In this document: in pieces, positions 56,101 to 64,000 of the stretch
Numbering within the stretch: the first letter of the stretch is position 1
How the letters are laid out: each line of letters begins with the position of its first letter
From: Phoronis australis
Lineage: Eukaryota > Animalia > Phoronida
Reading direction: 5' to 3'
Length of the DNA stretch: 64,000 nucleotides
NCBI GenBank assembly: GCA_002633005.1
Contig: NMRA01000636.1
Coordinates: 1-64,000 of the forward strand
Translations under genes and position numbers: made by a program
Notes under the pieces: generated by a model
The model's database searches: none
The model's input: only the letters and a program-made list of their open reading frames with translations
Told to the model about the DNA's origin: nothing

Positions 56101-59100
56101 ATGCGGAGCGTTCAAATACACCCACGAGTGCACTGCAAATGGTGTACTTCTAGAGGTGTTTATTTGAATCATAACCAAGAGCAACGCGGCCACGAATGCA
56201 CCACAACTGGGGTGCTTCTTGGGTTGCTTATTTGTATCATAAAATAGCTGCTAGATGGCGCAATAACGTCCAATCCATCCGAAAACGGGAACATGCCATC
56301 ACTTCTTTAATAGAAACCTACTATTGGGCACAGCGTTCGTTGGATCCACTTGAAAGTCGTCGTCTTCGTCTACTGTTAGCTTCATATAAGTACACTGACT
56401 AAATTTAATAAGATCTTGCAGTGGGTATAGGATATACACATATGGTGAAAAACAAAACTACCACTAGGAGACGCCACAGTAGTCGAAGTCATCATCGTCA
56501 ACCATCATCTTCACACTGAGAATGCTGATTTTCAAAATCATGCTTGGTTGACAGAGAGGTGGATGCCAAAAAACTCGAAAACAGTAAATATGGCCACTAC
56601 GTGCTGTAAAATATCTCGATTCTATCCAAAAACAAGAGGATATCATCATCTCACCAAGTTTCTTATAGTCCAAATTTTATGCAAATCCGTTAAGGATTTT
56701 TTAAGAAACAGAGGTAAACGTAAAAACTAAAATTGCCCCTAGGGGGCATACTGGTACTCAGATCTGTCCGAAAGTGGTCGTCATGCGTTCCCAATATCAT
56801 ATAAATACACTTGGTAAATTTAGAAAAGTTCGTGCAAACAGTTTAGGAGATACACCCATGAGCGCCAAAAACAAAATTGCCACCAGAATGCTCCACAGTA
56901 GTCGAAGTCGTTGGAAAATCATCATGAGCCGTCCTCTTCATAGTAAGAACATACATGCCAATTTTCACAATCATACTTAGAGCGGTTTGGTTGGTAGAGG
57001 GGTGGAGGTCAAAAAACAGTAAACATGGTCACTAGGTGGCGCAAACTAAGTAAAATCCATCTGAAAACAGGAGGATAACGTCATCTCACTAATAGATTCC
57101 TATGTGCCAAATTTCATGAAAATACGTTGAGGACCTTTGATGATACAGAGGCAAATGTAAAAAACTAAAATTGCCACTAGGGGACACATCGGTAGTCGGA
57201 TCCATCGCTAAAGCTCTCTCCTGTCGTCCCATCCATGAATGACACACATGTGCCAAATTTCAAGAACATACGTCAAAGTCTTTTGGAGATAGGACAGTGG
57301 ACGCCCAACGCCAGACAGACGCCGGAAGGACAGAGGGTGACGGCATAATGTGTACACATATAAATATGAGGGCAAATAAAGATGGTCATTAGATGGCACA
57401 GAATACATTGAACCCATCCAAAAACGGGAAGGCATCGTCGTCTCTCAAAACTGTTAAATTTTATAAAAATCCATCAAAGAACTCCAAAGATACAAAGGCA
57501 AACGTAAGAAAAACTCCCATTAGGAAAGATAGCAGTAGTCAAATCTGCCCATCTGCTGTCAAGTTAAAAGGAAATATGAATGTAAAATTTCTTCATCTAG
57601 CAAGGGGTTTAGAAGATAAGCCGTAGACGTGAAAACATTTCACTAGAGGACAACACTGTAGTTGGATCCATGTCAGTCATTCTCTTGTCAGTAGGAACAC
57701 ATCTACCAATTTTCATAATGATCACGTGCGCGGTTTGGCAGATACAAAAGTCGTCATCGTCTGTTGTTAACATCATATCAATACACTTATTAAATTTCGT
57801 AAAGATCCTGTGAACGGTTTAGGAGATACAGCCATAGGTGCAAAAAAAACAAAACTGCCACTAGGAGGCGCCACAGTAGTCCAAATCGTCTGAAAATCAT
57901 TACCAGCTGTCCTCTTTATAGTAAGCACATACATGCCAATTTTCACAACCATCCTTTGAGAGGTTTGGTTGATAGAGGGGTGGACGCACAAAAACAGACT
58001 CGAAATCACTAAAAATGGCCACTAGGTGGCGCAAACTATGTCGAATCCACCTGAAAACGAGAGGATAGCGTCATCTCACTAATAGATGCCTCCACAACAA
58101 ATTTCATGAAAATCCGTTCGGGATTTTTGAAGATACAAAGGTAAGCGTAAAAAACTAAAATTGCCACTAGGGGGCATAACTGTAGTCGAATCCGTCCGAA
58201 AGTTCGCACATGCCTTCCCATTCATGAATGGAACATATGTGCCAAATTTCATGAACGTATGTCAAAGGGTTTTGGAGATAAAGCAGCGGACGTCGGACGG
58301 ACGCCGCCCGGACGGACGGACGGAGATGACGGCATAATGCGTCCACACATAAATATGTGGGAGCATAATAAAGATCCTGGAGTGGGTTCAGGAGAGGCAG
58401 CTATGGGCGCAAAGCAAAACAAAACTACCACTAGGAGGCACCAGAGTAGTCAAAGTCGTCATCATCAACCGATCTCTTCACACTGAGAACATATATGCCA
58501 ATTTTCAAAACTATCCTTAGAATGATTTGGTTGATAGAGAGGTAGACGCCAAAAAACAGACTCGGAAACAGCAAAATTGGCCACTAGGTGGCGCAAATTA
58601 CCTCGATTCGTTCCAAAAACAGGAGGATAAAGTCATCTCATCAACAGATGCCCGAATTCAAAACTTTATGAAAATCTGTTGAGGACCTTTGAACATACAG
58701 AGGTAAACGTATAACTTACCGTAATCGTTTGGGTTAACACCCATGCTCAGTTAACCGCCCATCCCCGACTTTAAGTGGATTTTCGATTTAACCGCCCACT
58801 GCTCGGTTAAGCGCCCCCCCCCCTACGATTTTTGAAGATTTCCAGTTAAGCGCCCACCTCTCGGTTAAGTGCCCATCCCCCGGCAACTTTTAAAGAATGA
58901 AGATTTAGCGCCTAGTGCTAAGGCAACGCGCGATTCCCTGACTTTTAGAAAAAGATCGATGATCACAAATGAGTGCAACGACGCTGGGACTCCGAGCCAG
59001 TGGTTTGGCAATCTGAATTACAATACAGGTAACGAGTTATTGTCTTGGGTCATGAACTCACTTCAAAATATAATACTTGAACCTTTTTGTCACTTTATTT

Positions 59101-61988
59101 TCTTCCCTTGTTTGCAAAGTTTAAGAATGCCGCCGGCGTCAAAACCTCCGCTTTCAGCGACTTTGTCTGCCGCGCTTAGTTTCCGTCTGCAGAGCACTAG
59201 ATAAAACATATATTCGAAAAAATCAGGCCAGAGAAATGTGACAATGGTTTTGCCAACCCTCCAAATTCTATTAAGGTGGGAAGCTCTCGTATTTTGAACA
59301 AATCTCACAACTCACGGAAAGATGTCAAATTCTCAATATTTTGATGAATATAACTGCCGGGTTATAGAGGATGTGGGGCGACCGAAGGGACAGTACAAGT
59401 GCCTTACTGGGTTACCNNNNNNNNNNNNNNNNNNNNNNNNNNNNNNNNNNNNNNNNNNNNNNNNNNNNNNNNNNNNNNNNNNNNNNNNNNNNNNNNNNNN
59501 NNNNNNNNNNNNNNNNNNNNNNNNNNNNNNNNNNNNNNNNNNNNNNNNNNNNNNNNNNNNNNNNNNNNNNNNNNNNNNNNNNNNNNNNNNNNNNNNNNNN
59601 NNNNNNNNNNNNNNNNNNNNNNNNNNNNNNNNNNNNNNNNNNNNNNNNNNNNNNNNNNNNNNNNNNNNNNNNNNNNNNNNNNNNNNNNNNNNNNNNNNNN
59701 NNNNNNNNNNNNNNNNNNNNNNNNNNNNNNNNNNNNNNNNNNNNNNNNNNNNNNNNNNNNNNNNNNNNGACGTGACGATAAAGCTCTTTGAAAAGGGCTA
59801 CGCGTTCCGAGTATGATTGTCGTGTCGGGATTTAGATCGCCAGGTAAGATTAACCGCCCAGGGCGGTTGTCTGTCGTAATAAGCGCCCATGTTCGGTTAA
59901 CCGCCCATCCCCTACTTTAGGTGGATTTTCGATTTAACCGCCCACTGTTCGGTTAACCGCCCTCCCCCGATTTTTTAGATTCGCCAATTTAACCGCCCAG
60001 GGCGTTAACCCGAACGATTACGGTAAATTGCAACCAGGGGGCATACCAGTACTCAGATCCATCCCAAAATAATTGTCCTTTGTTGTCAACATCATATAAA
60101 CACACTTCTTAAATTTAGTAAAGATCTTAAAAACGGTTTAGGAGATACAGCAATGGGCGCAAAAAAGAAACTGCCACTAGGAGGCGCCACAGTAGTCGAA
60201 GTCATCGGAAAATCAATATTAAGCTGTCCACTTCATAGTAAAAACATAAATGGCAATTTTCACAATTATCCTGAAAGCGGTTCGGTTCATAGAGGGGTGT
60301 GTGTACGCCAAAAAAACGACTCGAAAACAGTAAAAATGGCCACTAGGTGGCACAAACTAGGTCAAATTCATCTGAAAATGGAAAGATAGGGTCACCTCAC
60401 TAACAGAAGCATGTACGCCAAATTTTATGAAAATACGTTGAGGACCTTTAAAGATTCAGAGGAAAACGTAAAAAAATAAAATTGCCACCAGGTGGCACAC
60501 CAGTAGACAGATCTGTCCGAAAGTCATCGTCGTCCATTGTCAACATCATATAAATGCACTTACTAAATTTAGTAAAGATGCTGCAAAACGGTTAAAGATA
60601 AAGTCATAGGCGCAAATAAAACAAAACTGCCACTAGGAGGCGCCACAGTAGTCCAAATCGTCTGAAAATCATTGTCAGCTGTCCTCTTTATAGTAAGCAC
60701 ATACATGCCAATTTTCACAACCATCCTTTGAGCGGTTTGGTTGATAGAGGGGTGGACGCACAAAAACAGACTCGAAAACACTAAAAATGGCCACTAGGTA
60801 GAGCAAACTACGTCAAATCCATCCGAAAACGGGAGGATGTCATCGTTTCACTAATACATACCTATACATCAAATTTCATGAAAATACCTTGAGGATCTTT
60901 GAAGATAAAAGAGGTAAATGTAAAAAACTAAAATTGCCACTAGGGGGCACACCGGTAACTGAATCTGTCTGAAAGTTCACTCATGCCATCCCATCCATGA
61001 ATGGAATACATGTGCAAAATTTCATGAGCATACGTCAATCAGTTTTGGAAATAGAGCAGCGGACGCCATTCGGACAGACCGTCGGACGCAGATGACAGCA
61101 TCCACATATAAATATGTGGACGCAAAAAAATTGCCACTAGAGGGCACACTGGTAGTCGTATCTGTCCGAAAGTTCGCTAATGTGTTCCATCCATGAAAGG
61201 AACACAGACCTCGAATGGACGGACGCGGATGATGGCATAATGCGCTCACACAAACACATGTGCGCAAATAAAATTTTATTAACACACCTTCAACATACAA
61301 ATGTACACACACAATAATCTTACTTTGAGTCCAATACGAGTTCTTTCTTCCTGAATCAGCCGGATAGACTCATTGGCGTGCCGGACAATACATTTCTGGC
61401 TACAATAAATGGACCCATGTTCTGCCCAATTGTGACAGCCTGTTCCAATGCAATGCTGCTTGGGAGGTTCATCTCGATGCTGCAACAATTTATTTTACCA
61501 ATACTGAGCAGTTTTCAAGGGCGACTAATGCAGTTGTGAAACAAATATCCAATGGCACTACATGAACTTTTATTGTAAGGGTAGAGAAGGGATCCAAAGC
61601 ACATGGAAGCCAGGGTGGGAAGAGAGTGAAGAAGTCACACTCTGACTGAGGCAAAAAGTTGACAATTCATCTCTGGTTGAAAGCTTATCTATGCAATAAA
61701 CATAAAATTTCATATTTCCACCCATACCACAACCTTGGATGCATTCAAACCTCAACTAATATTACTTACACCAAACACCTTAAACCTCTTTTTGTGCTTC
61801 TTGGGATCAAGAGGTGAATCTTTCGAATGATCTTTCTTCCTGATCTCACCAAGTTTGGGCTTTGTCGTTTTTTCACCACCATCCTTATCATCTGGGTCAG
61901 ACTTCTCCTGTTTGATTGGTGTTCGCTCTTTACAGGAGGAATGGTCTCTACTTTCTCGACGCTCTTTCTTGTCTTTCAAGGCTTGCAA
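12437..61988 (-). CDS. DIDO1: DIDO1/PHF3/PPS-family protein (death-inducer obliterator 1-like), 5'-partial spliced CDS, 14 exons in window
   Basis: Join (minus): 61988-61770, 61479-61324, 55615-55417, 52034-51905, 47955-47796, 47163-47047, 43447-43337, 30495-30137, 29840-29672, 28199-28110, 23500-23305, 23025-22621, 20550-20398, 14196-12437. All introns are GT-AG with matching phases; total 4224 nt, divisible by 3. Family motifs: CIGTGC..SIYCS..CI.RHA, KYKARYRSLAFNIKD, KITHKGE, HLFDLNCKICTG, SPOC. Confidence 0.9.
12548..12739 (-). repeat. Coding 48-bp (16-aa) tandem repeat x4, G.EEFPM.HHR.PH.P
   Basis: GTEEFLMPHHRSPHPP / GSMELPMSHHRSPHPR / GTEEFPMSRHRPHQLP / GFEEFPMHRHQPHQPL. Confidence 0.9.
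14933..16934 (+). mobile_element. Helentron-associated non-autonomous element (HINE; Pearl/DINE-like) with internal ~445-bp tandem units
   Basis: 5' aagagcaacgc..gttgaaatgcgcccac; gccactag-containing units; 3' cggacg microsatellite remnant, hairpin atgcacccacacataaatatgtgggcacat and A-run. Confidence 0.7.
15661..16362. mobile_element. Tc1/mariner-pogo-like MITE nested in HINE
   Basis: TIR ccgtactcgtcc / ggacgagtacgg, TA on both sides, subterminal cccatgctcggcttaccgccca repeats; host repeat resumes on the other side. Confidence 0.8.
17228..17626 (+). mobile_element. Small TIR element (ISL2EU/Harbinger-like) with THAP-domain remnant
   Basis: caatagggccatc / gacggccttattg inverted ends with AT flanks; internal MKYYRCAVGCNSN...LKFFDFP resembles a THAP N-terminus. 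Confidence 0.5.
18144..18365 (+). pseudogene. Kolobok accessory protein (KolX / P2X7-ballast-like) N-terminal remnant
   Basis: GHMFETEFS in one frame, then WSKCTVCTVMPTSMECLYC in another, resembling WC.C..C..MPT..EC.CC. Confidence 0.55.
18365..19005 (-). pseudogene. Kolobok transposase N-terminal remnant (THAP domain plus zinc-binding segment)
   Basis: HCVPGC..GIPLHRFPK...W...NY*VCGKKF (THAP with in-frame TGA), later KFIVDVTKVLELLRRCQVC; no DDE core seen. Confidence 0.7.
20398..20550 (-). CDS. DIDO1: DIDO1-like exon, acidic/Pro-rich (GASPYSPSDDEDDGDIPYDP)
   Basis: ttttcacacag acceptor; phase-1 GTAGGT donor at 20397 fits the last exon (another GT at 20428 would be phase 0). Confidence 0.75.
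21340..22161 (+). repeat. Interspersed repeat, copy 1 (probable DNA-transposon end)
   Basis: Colinear with 37255-38054; both end in ttttcagatgtggagaacactg. Confidence 0.75.
22165..22592 (+). mobile_element. HINE 3' fragment
   Basis: gccactaagggg unit, cagacgcacagacag, terminal hairpin and A-run. Confidence 0.6.
22621..23025 (-). CDS. DIDO1: DIDO1-like exon, SPOC end (GLEDIRPHMLMGIIVRQK) plus low-complexity linker
   Basis: tttttcag acceptor, GTGAGA donor, phase 1/1. Confidence 0.9.
23305..23500 (-). CDS. DIDO1: DIDO1-like exon, SPOC domain (DIIVIGF...RERCGVV...VKDMYIVPL...LLPFDGPG)
   Basis: tttcag acceptor, GTTTGT donor, phase 0/1. Confidence 0.92.
23600..25286 (+). mobile_element. HINE, full length, about 3 tandem units
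   Basis: acaagagcaacgcggagtgttaaaatgctcccac start; repeated gccactag units; terminal hairpin plus taaaaa. Confidence 0.75.
26269..27923 (+). mobile_element. HINE, full length
   Basis: acaagagcaacgcagagcattgaaatgcgcccac start; atgcgtccacatatattatgtgggcgcataaaaa end. Confidence 0.75.
28110..28199 (-). CDS. DIDO1: DIDO1-like exon, SPOC domain (DLPDSIVVCGRISPSQIWSYLKEVKESGTR)
   Basis: Translated by hand; tttttcag acceptor, GTGAGT donor, 30 codons; LP..I...GRI.P..W.Y SPOC motif. Confidence 0.92.
29672..29840 (-). CDS. DIDO1: DIDO1-like exon, SPOC domain start (SIWKGFVFMPEVTKFFTTASAISG)
   Basis: ttttag acceptor, GTGAGT donor, phase 2/0. Confidence 0.9.
30137..30495 (-). CDS. DIDO1: DIDO1-like exon with DTTSMHRSHLFDLNCKICTG motif
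   Basis: Acceptor ttttctgctttcatgtag (alternative in-frame start at 30477), GTACT donor, phase 0/2. Confidence 0.88.
30682..33647. mobile_element. Pogo/Tc1-like non-autonomous element containing an inverted copy of its own left arm (33115-33379)
   Basis: 30682-31350 matches 58719-59416; 33400-33647 matches 59777-60023; many ttaaccgccca subterminal repeats; ends in cggTA; spans a gap. Confidence 0.65.
37255..38054 (+). repeat. Interspersed repeat, copy 2
   Basis: Colinear with 21340-22161. Confidence 0.75.
38395..40381 (+). mobile_element. HINE nested in the Harbinger MITE
   Basis: acaagagcaacgcggagcgttgaaatgcacccac start; (cgga)n microsatellite and hairpin atgcgtccacatataaatatgtgggcgcat at the end. 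Confidence 0.78.
39483..39969 (+). mobile_element. hAT-like MITE with 6-bp TSD, copy 1
   Basis: cagggctcggaa / ttccaagccctg; TSD ttggtt; interrupts the HINE unit gagcggtttggttgatagagg. Confidence 0.85.
40972..41277 (+). repeat. Diverged direct duplication, ~170-bp period
   Basis: caattt..aatttcaa.gggaa...aaacacaaaataa...cagactggta...ttcgtaaa...gcgttggattt occurs twice. Confidence 0.6.
41849..42070 (-). pseudogene. TTF-type zinc-finger remnant of a hAT-family (ZNF862-like) transposase
   Basis: KFTKSWLKLFPLLCYEKSHMWCDICR...NAFCTGISNFR matches F..SW...FPWL.Y....M.C..C....F..G..NF. Confidence 0.6.
43337..43447 (-). CDS. DIDO1: DIDO1-like exon (ELQKIEEIEKETKQNQIRKITHKGEISVTEENMADLD)
   Basis: Translated by hand; ttttactttgacag acceptor, GTGAGT donor; KITHKGE motif of DIDO1/PHF3. 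Confidence 0.9.
43905..44665 (+). mobile_element. 5'-truncated CR1/L2-group LINE 3' end
   Basis: MYKCF..LVP.Y...RYNTRSS...LYLPKP...YSGP..RNTLP resembles the ORF2 C-terminus; TG/TA-rich 3' UTR, terminal stem-loop, (ataa)n tail. Confidence 0.7.
44909..45560 (-). mobile_element. Partial inverted copy of the MITE at 165-1305
   Basis: Begins cataggcggatttagggggg; reverse complement of about 660-1305. Confidence 0.75.
45562..46732 (+). mobile_element. HINE, 5'-truncated
   Basis: About 2.5 tandem units, cggacggacagacgg, terminal hairpin and A-run. Confidence 0.75.
47047..47163 (-). CDS. DIDO1: DIDO1-like exon, end of TFIIS central domain (GLFRKILNEEIKPFTLVRMSSDELASKELAKWRE)
   Basis: ttgcag acceptor, GTAGT donor, 39 codons; LV.MS..ELAS.EL..WR motif. 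Confidence 0.92.
47796..47955 (-). CDS. DIDO1: DIDO1-like exon, TFIIS central domain (IEEELFKFYGDCGSKYKARYRSLAFNIKDSKNE)
   Basis: Translated by hand (absent from ORF track); ttttatag acceptor, GTACT donor, phase 2/0; KY..RYRSL.FN.KD.KN signature. Confidence 0.92.
48066..51753 (+). mobile_element. Old HINE fragmented by unclassified insertions
   Basis: 5' gagcaacgcg..gatatgcgccca near 48070; diverged units near 48140-48370, 49545-49720 and 51010-51280; hairpin end at 51720-51753. Confidence 0.45.
51905..52034 (-). CDS. DIDO1: DIDO1-like exon, start of TFIIS central domain (EVRLNVRKHLKDILIAR)
   Basis: ttttaag acceptor, GTAC donor, phase 1/2 matches both neighbours. Confidence 0.85.
52952..55373. 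mobile_element. hAT-like non-autonomous element with 5-bp TSD
   Basis: 12-bp TIR cagggctcgaca / tgtcgagccctg; TSD ttgaa on both sides; subterminal gcgacct repeats at both ends. Confidence 0.85.
55417..55615 (-). CDS. DIDO1: DIDO1-like exon encoding a BRK domain (DRIVVMERHTGRLVTGPNAPTHANLKLWLEKNPTFEV)
   Basis: Pyrimidine-rich acceptor ttctttcttccaatctag, GTAAG donor, phase 0/1; BRK consensus V.V....TG....G..AP....L..WL..NP.FEV. Confidence 0.88.
56091..61272 (+). mobile_element. Composite cluster of HINE copies with several internal 3' ends
   Basis: 5' motifs near 56091 and 56175; hairpin ends near 57345-57380, 58335-58370, 61098-61125 and 61238-61272; many ~445-bp units. Confidence 0.7.
58719..60023. 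mobile_element. Pogo/Tc1-like non-autonomous element nested in HINE
   Basis: TIR ccgtaatcgtt(t/c)gggttaac / gttaacccgaacgattacgg; TA on both sides; spans a gap. Confidence 0.8.
61324..61479 (-). CDS. DIDO1: DIDO1-like exon with Cys motif HCIGTGCHNWAEHGSIYCSQKCIVRHA
   Basis: tgcag acceptor, GTAAG donor, 52 codons; resembles vertebrate DIDO1 CIGPGC..SVYCS..CILKHA. Confidence 0.9.
61770..61988 (-). CDS. DIDO1: DIDO1-like exon, Lys/Glu-rich linker (LQALKDKKERR...KKRFKVFG)
   Basis: ttcag acceptor at 61990-61989, GTAAGT donor at 61769, phase 0/0; a second in-frame GT lies 9 nt upstream. Confidence 0.75.
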
Positions 61989-62749
61989 CTGAATTATGAA
62001 ATAAACGGGAGTTTGTTACTAAAACAAGAGTAGACAATTAAGTATGAGACATCACAGCCAGCGTTTTTAAATATGTGTAAAAATAGGGATACTTGCCACA
62101 CAAGAATTGTGTCAATACCAAGCATTAACTTATTGTTTACATTCGCTATGTCGAAATTTCAACTATAAAGAAAATAAGATAAGCAAAGAACTGACTTGTT
62201 TACGAGGCAAATTCCTTTCGGATGCCATGGCGACGACATGAGTCAGTCCGTTGTTATGGATTAAGTAACAGGAATATCAGCACATGAAATGTGGGCAGTA
62301 ACGCACCAACTGTCATAGACAATGATACAACACACTCATAATGAGATTCTTAAAATAAAATTTATGACATAAGCGTACAAATGGTACAATCTAAAGAGAA
62401 CTTTTCAAAATATTTAATTCAGACAATCATCGGAAAAATATATGAGCGAAATTTAGTTTACAGCACGGCGTAAACCATTATGCTGCATTATACAAAATAA
62501 ATATTAATGGAATTGCAAAATGGACCATCATTCTGCCAAATGCCTATAGAGTCCATCAAACGATGACAAAATTTCTGGAGACACCAAACTCCTCAAAGGA
62601 AGGCCGTAAGGCCTCCCATACTCTCCCAAGACTTCATCAGCACTTGGAACTTAATTCATCGATACACCCTTTGGCTGCTTTTACCACCACACCAATGCCA
62701 ACACTGGCAACAATCTACCACAAAAAATACTCATACAACCTCTAGTTAG

Positions 62750-63246
62750 CAGGGCTTGGAATGACCAAGGACAAAAAACGCGGAAACTTTGAAACTTTTA
62801 CGGCCCAAATCATGCGCGCTACCCAGCCTTGAAATGGTCGATGTGAACCTTTCCCCAACAAAAATCGGGAGGACTAAAAAAAAACAAAAAAAAAACCGTT
62901 ACCACCATCAGTAGCATGCGTCTGCATCCTTTTAGCTCGTCCGTCCACTCCCAACCCACACATTTTTGGCTGCAGAGCCTAGTATTTGTCGCCGCGGTTT
63001 ACAATAACACGAAACGCCATTGAAAATCCCACCACACTATCCCAGATGCCCCGGCAATGTTGACATAAAAAGCAACTTCCGCTTTTCGAGGTGAACGTCG
63101 TCTGCAACGCCACGGTAAGAAAGAAATTTGCCACGGAAATTTTATATCAAATCCGATTTTTTTTACGCGGAAATATTATAAAATACGCGGACAGAACATT
63201 TGAAAAAAGCGGAAATCCGTGTTTCCGCGAAAAATTCCAAGCCCTG
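62750..63246 (+). mobile_element. hAT-like MITE with 6-bp TSD, copy 2
   Basis: cagggcttggaa / ttccaagccctg; TSD agttag; colinear with 39483-39969. Confidence 0.85.
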
Positions 63247-64000
63247 AGTTAGGGAATTTGATGTATTTTAACAAGGTCTTGCCAGAGAAAAAAAACAAGC
63301 CATAATTATTAAATACATGACAACCAGACCTGTGTACCACCAAAACTGCATTGGAATACTCTGAACACCAGATTTGCAGATTTGTTAGTTTGCAGATTTT
63401 CGCTTACAGACCGAATGTACCCTAAAATATAGGGGGGGGCATGAATATTTCGCAATGGACCTTTCACTAACTAAAAAAAATAAAACAATAAGTCTGCTCA
63501 GTGTTCAGAGCTTTCGCCGAATTTTTGCCTCTTTAGTGGATTTTTGTCTGTTTTCTCGGACTTTTGGTTTCTCTCAGGACTCTTTTTGCCCACTTCGCCA
63601 AATGGGGAACTCATTCAAGCCCCCCTGGCTACGTGCATGGGTACTTTTCCTACTTACTTGCCTCTGAAACATTTTCTAATATACACGTAGTGAATTGACC
63701 ACCAATTTTCAGACTAATTTAAGTTGTTTAGTTGAGGGACAACACGCTTAGTGAAAAGATCCGGTTAATCAATACAAAATGTCCTTACTGAACTTAGTTA
63801 TGTTAATACATGGCTAATGTACACCTTATTTCTTAACACAAAAATATATCTGCAAAAATGTGTTGATGAATCTGCACTGGACAATGTTTTGCACCAGACG
63901 ATGTTTTCTTAACCACTCACAAAAGTTTTGAATAATTATTCATTGCAAGTGTCTGTGAACACGTACCACCGTACTGCATGCGAAAAGACCTTGAGGCTCA

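Noticed and set aside
23616-61312. Many similar 60-110-aa ORFs (LPLGG.., MPIF..IL..VWLIEGW)
   Set aside because: Chance translations of the non-coding HINE tandem unit; frames break between copies.

Overview
Eukaryotic (metazoan, probably marine invertebrate; inferred from repeat families) draft-assembly sequence with four N-gaps. One host gene is visible: the 3' part of a DIDO1/PHF3/PPS-family transcription-elongation regulator on the minus strand. I reconstructed 14 GT-AG exons from 61988 down to the stop at 12437. Phases are consistent and total 4224 nt (about 1407 aa plus stop), encoding a CIGxGC..YCS Cys motif, BRK, TFIIS-central, a DLNCKIC motif, SPOC and a Pro/His-rich tail; the 5' exons (expected PHD finger) were not found and probably lie beyond the window end. 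The rest is dense transposon debris. It includes a decayed Academ (AcademX-type) DNA transposon with a 3-bp TSD, preceded by extra 76-bp copies of its own terminus, and many same-strand Helentron/HINE (Pearl/DINE-like) elements built from a ~445-bp, three-monomer higher-order repeat in which each monomer carries a CTCF-like motif. There is also an internally deleted Kolobok with THAP and P2X7-ballast-like remnants, hAT-like elements with 5- and 6-bp TSDs, pogo/Tc1-like MITEs, a Harbinger MITE, a CR1/L2 3' end and a Penelope fragment. No prokaryotic features (CRISPR-Cas, rRNA, operons) are supported. All family assignments come from motif recognition by eye, not database searches.
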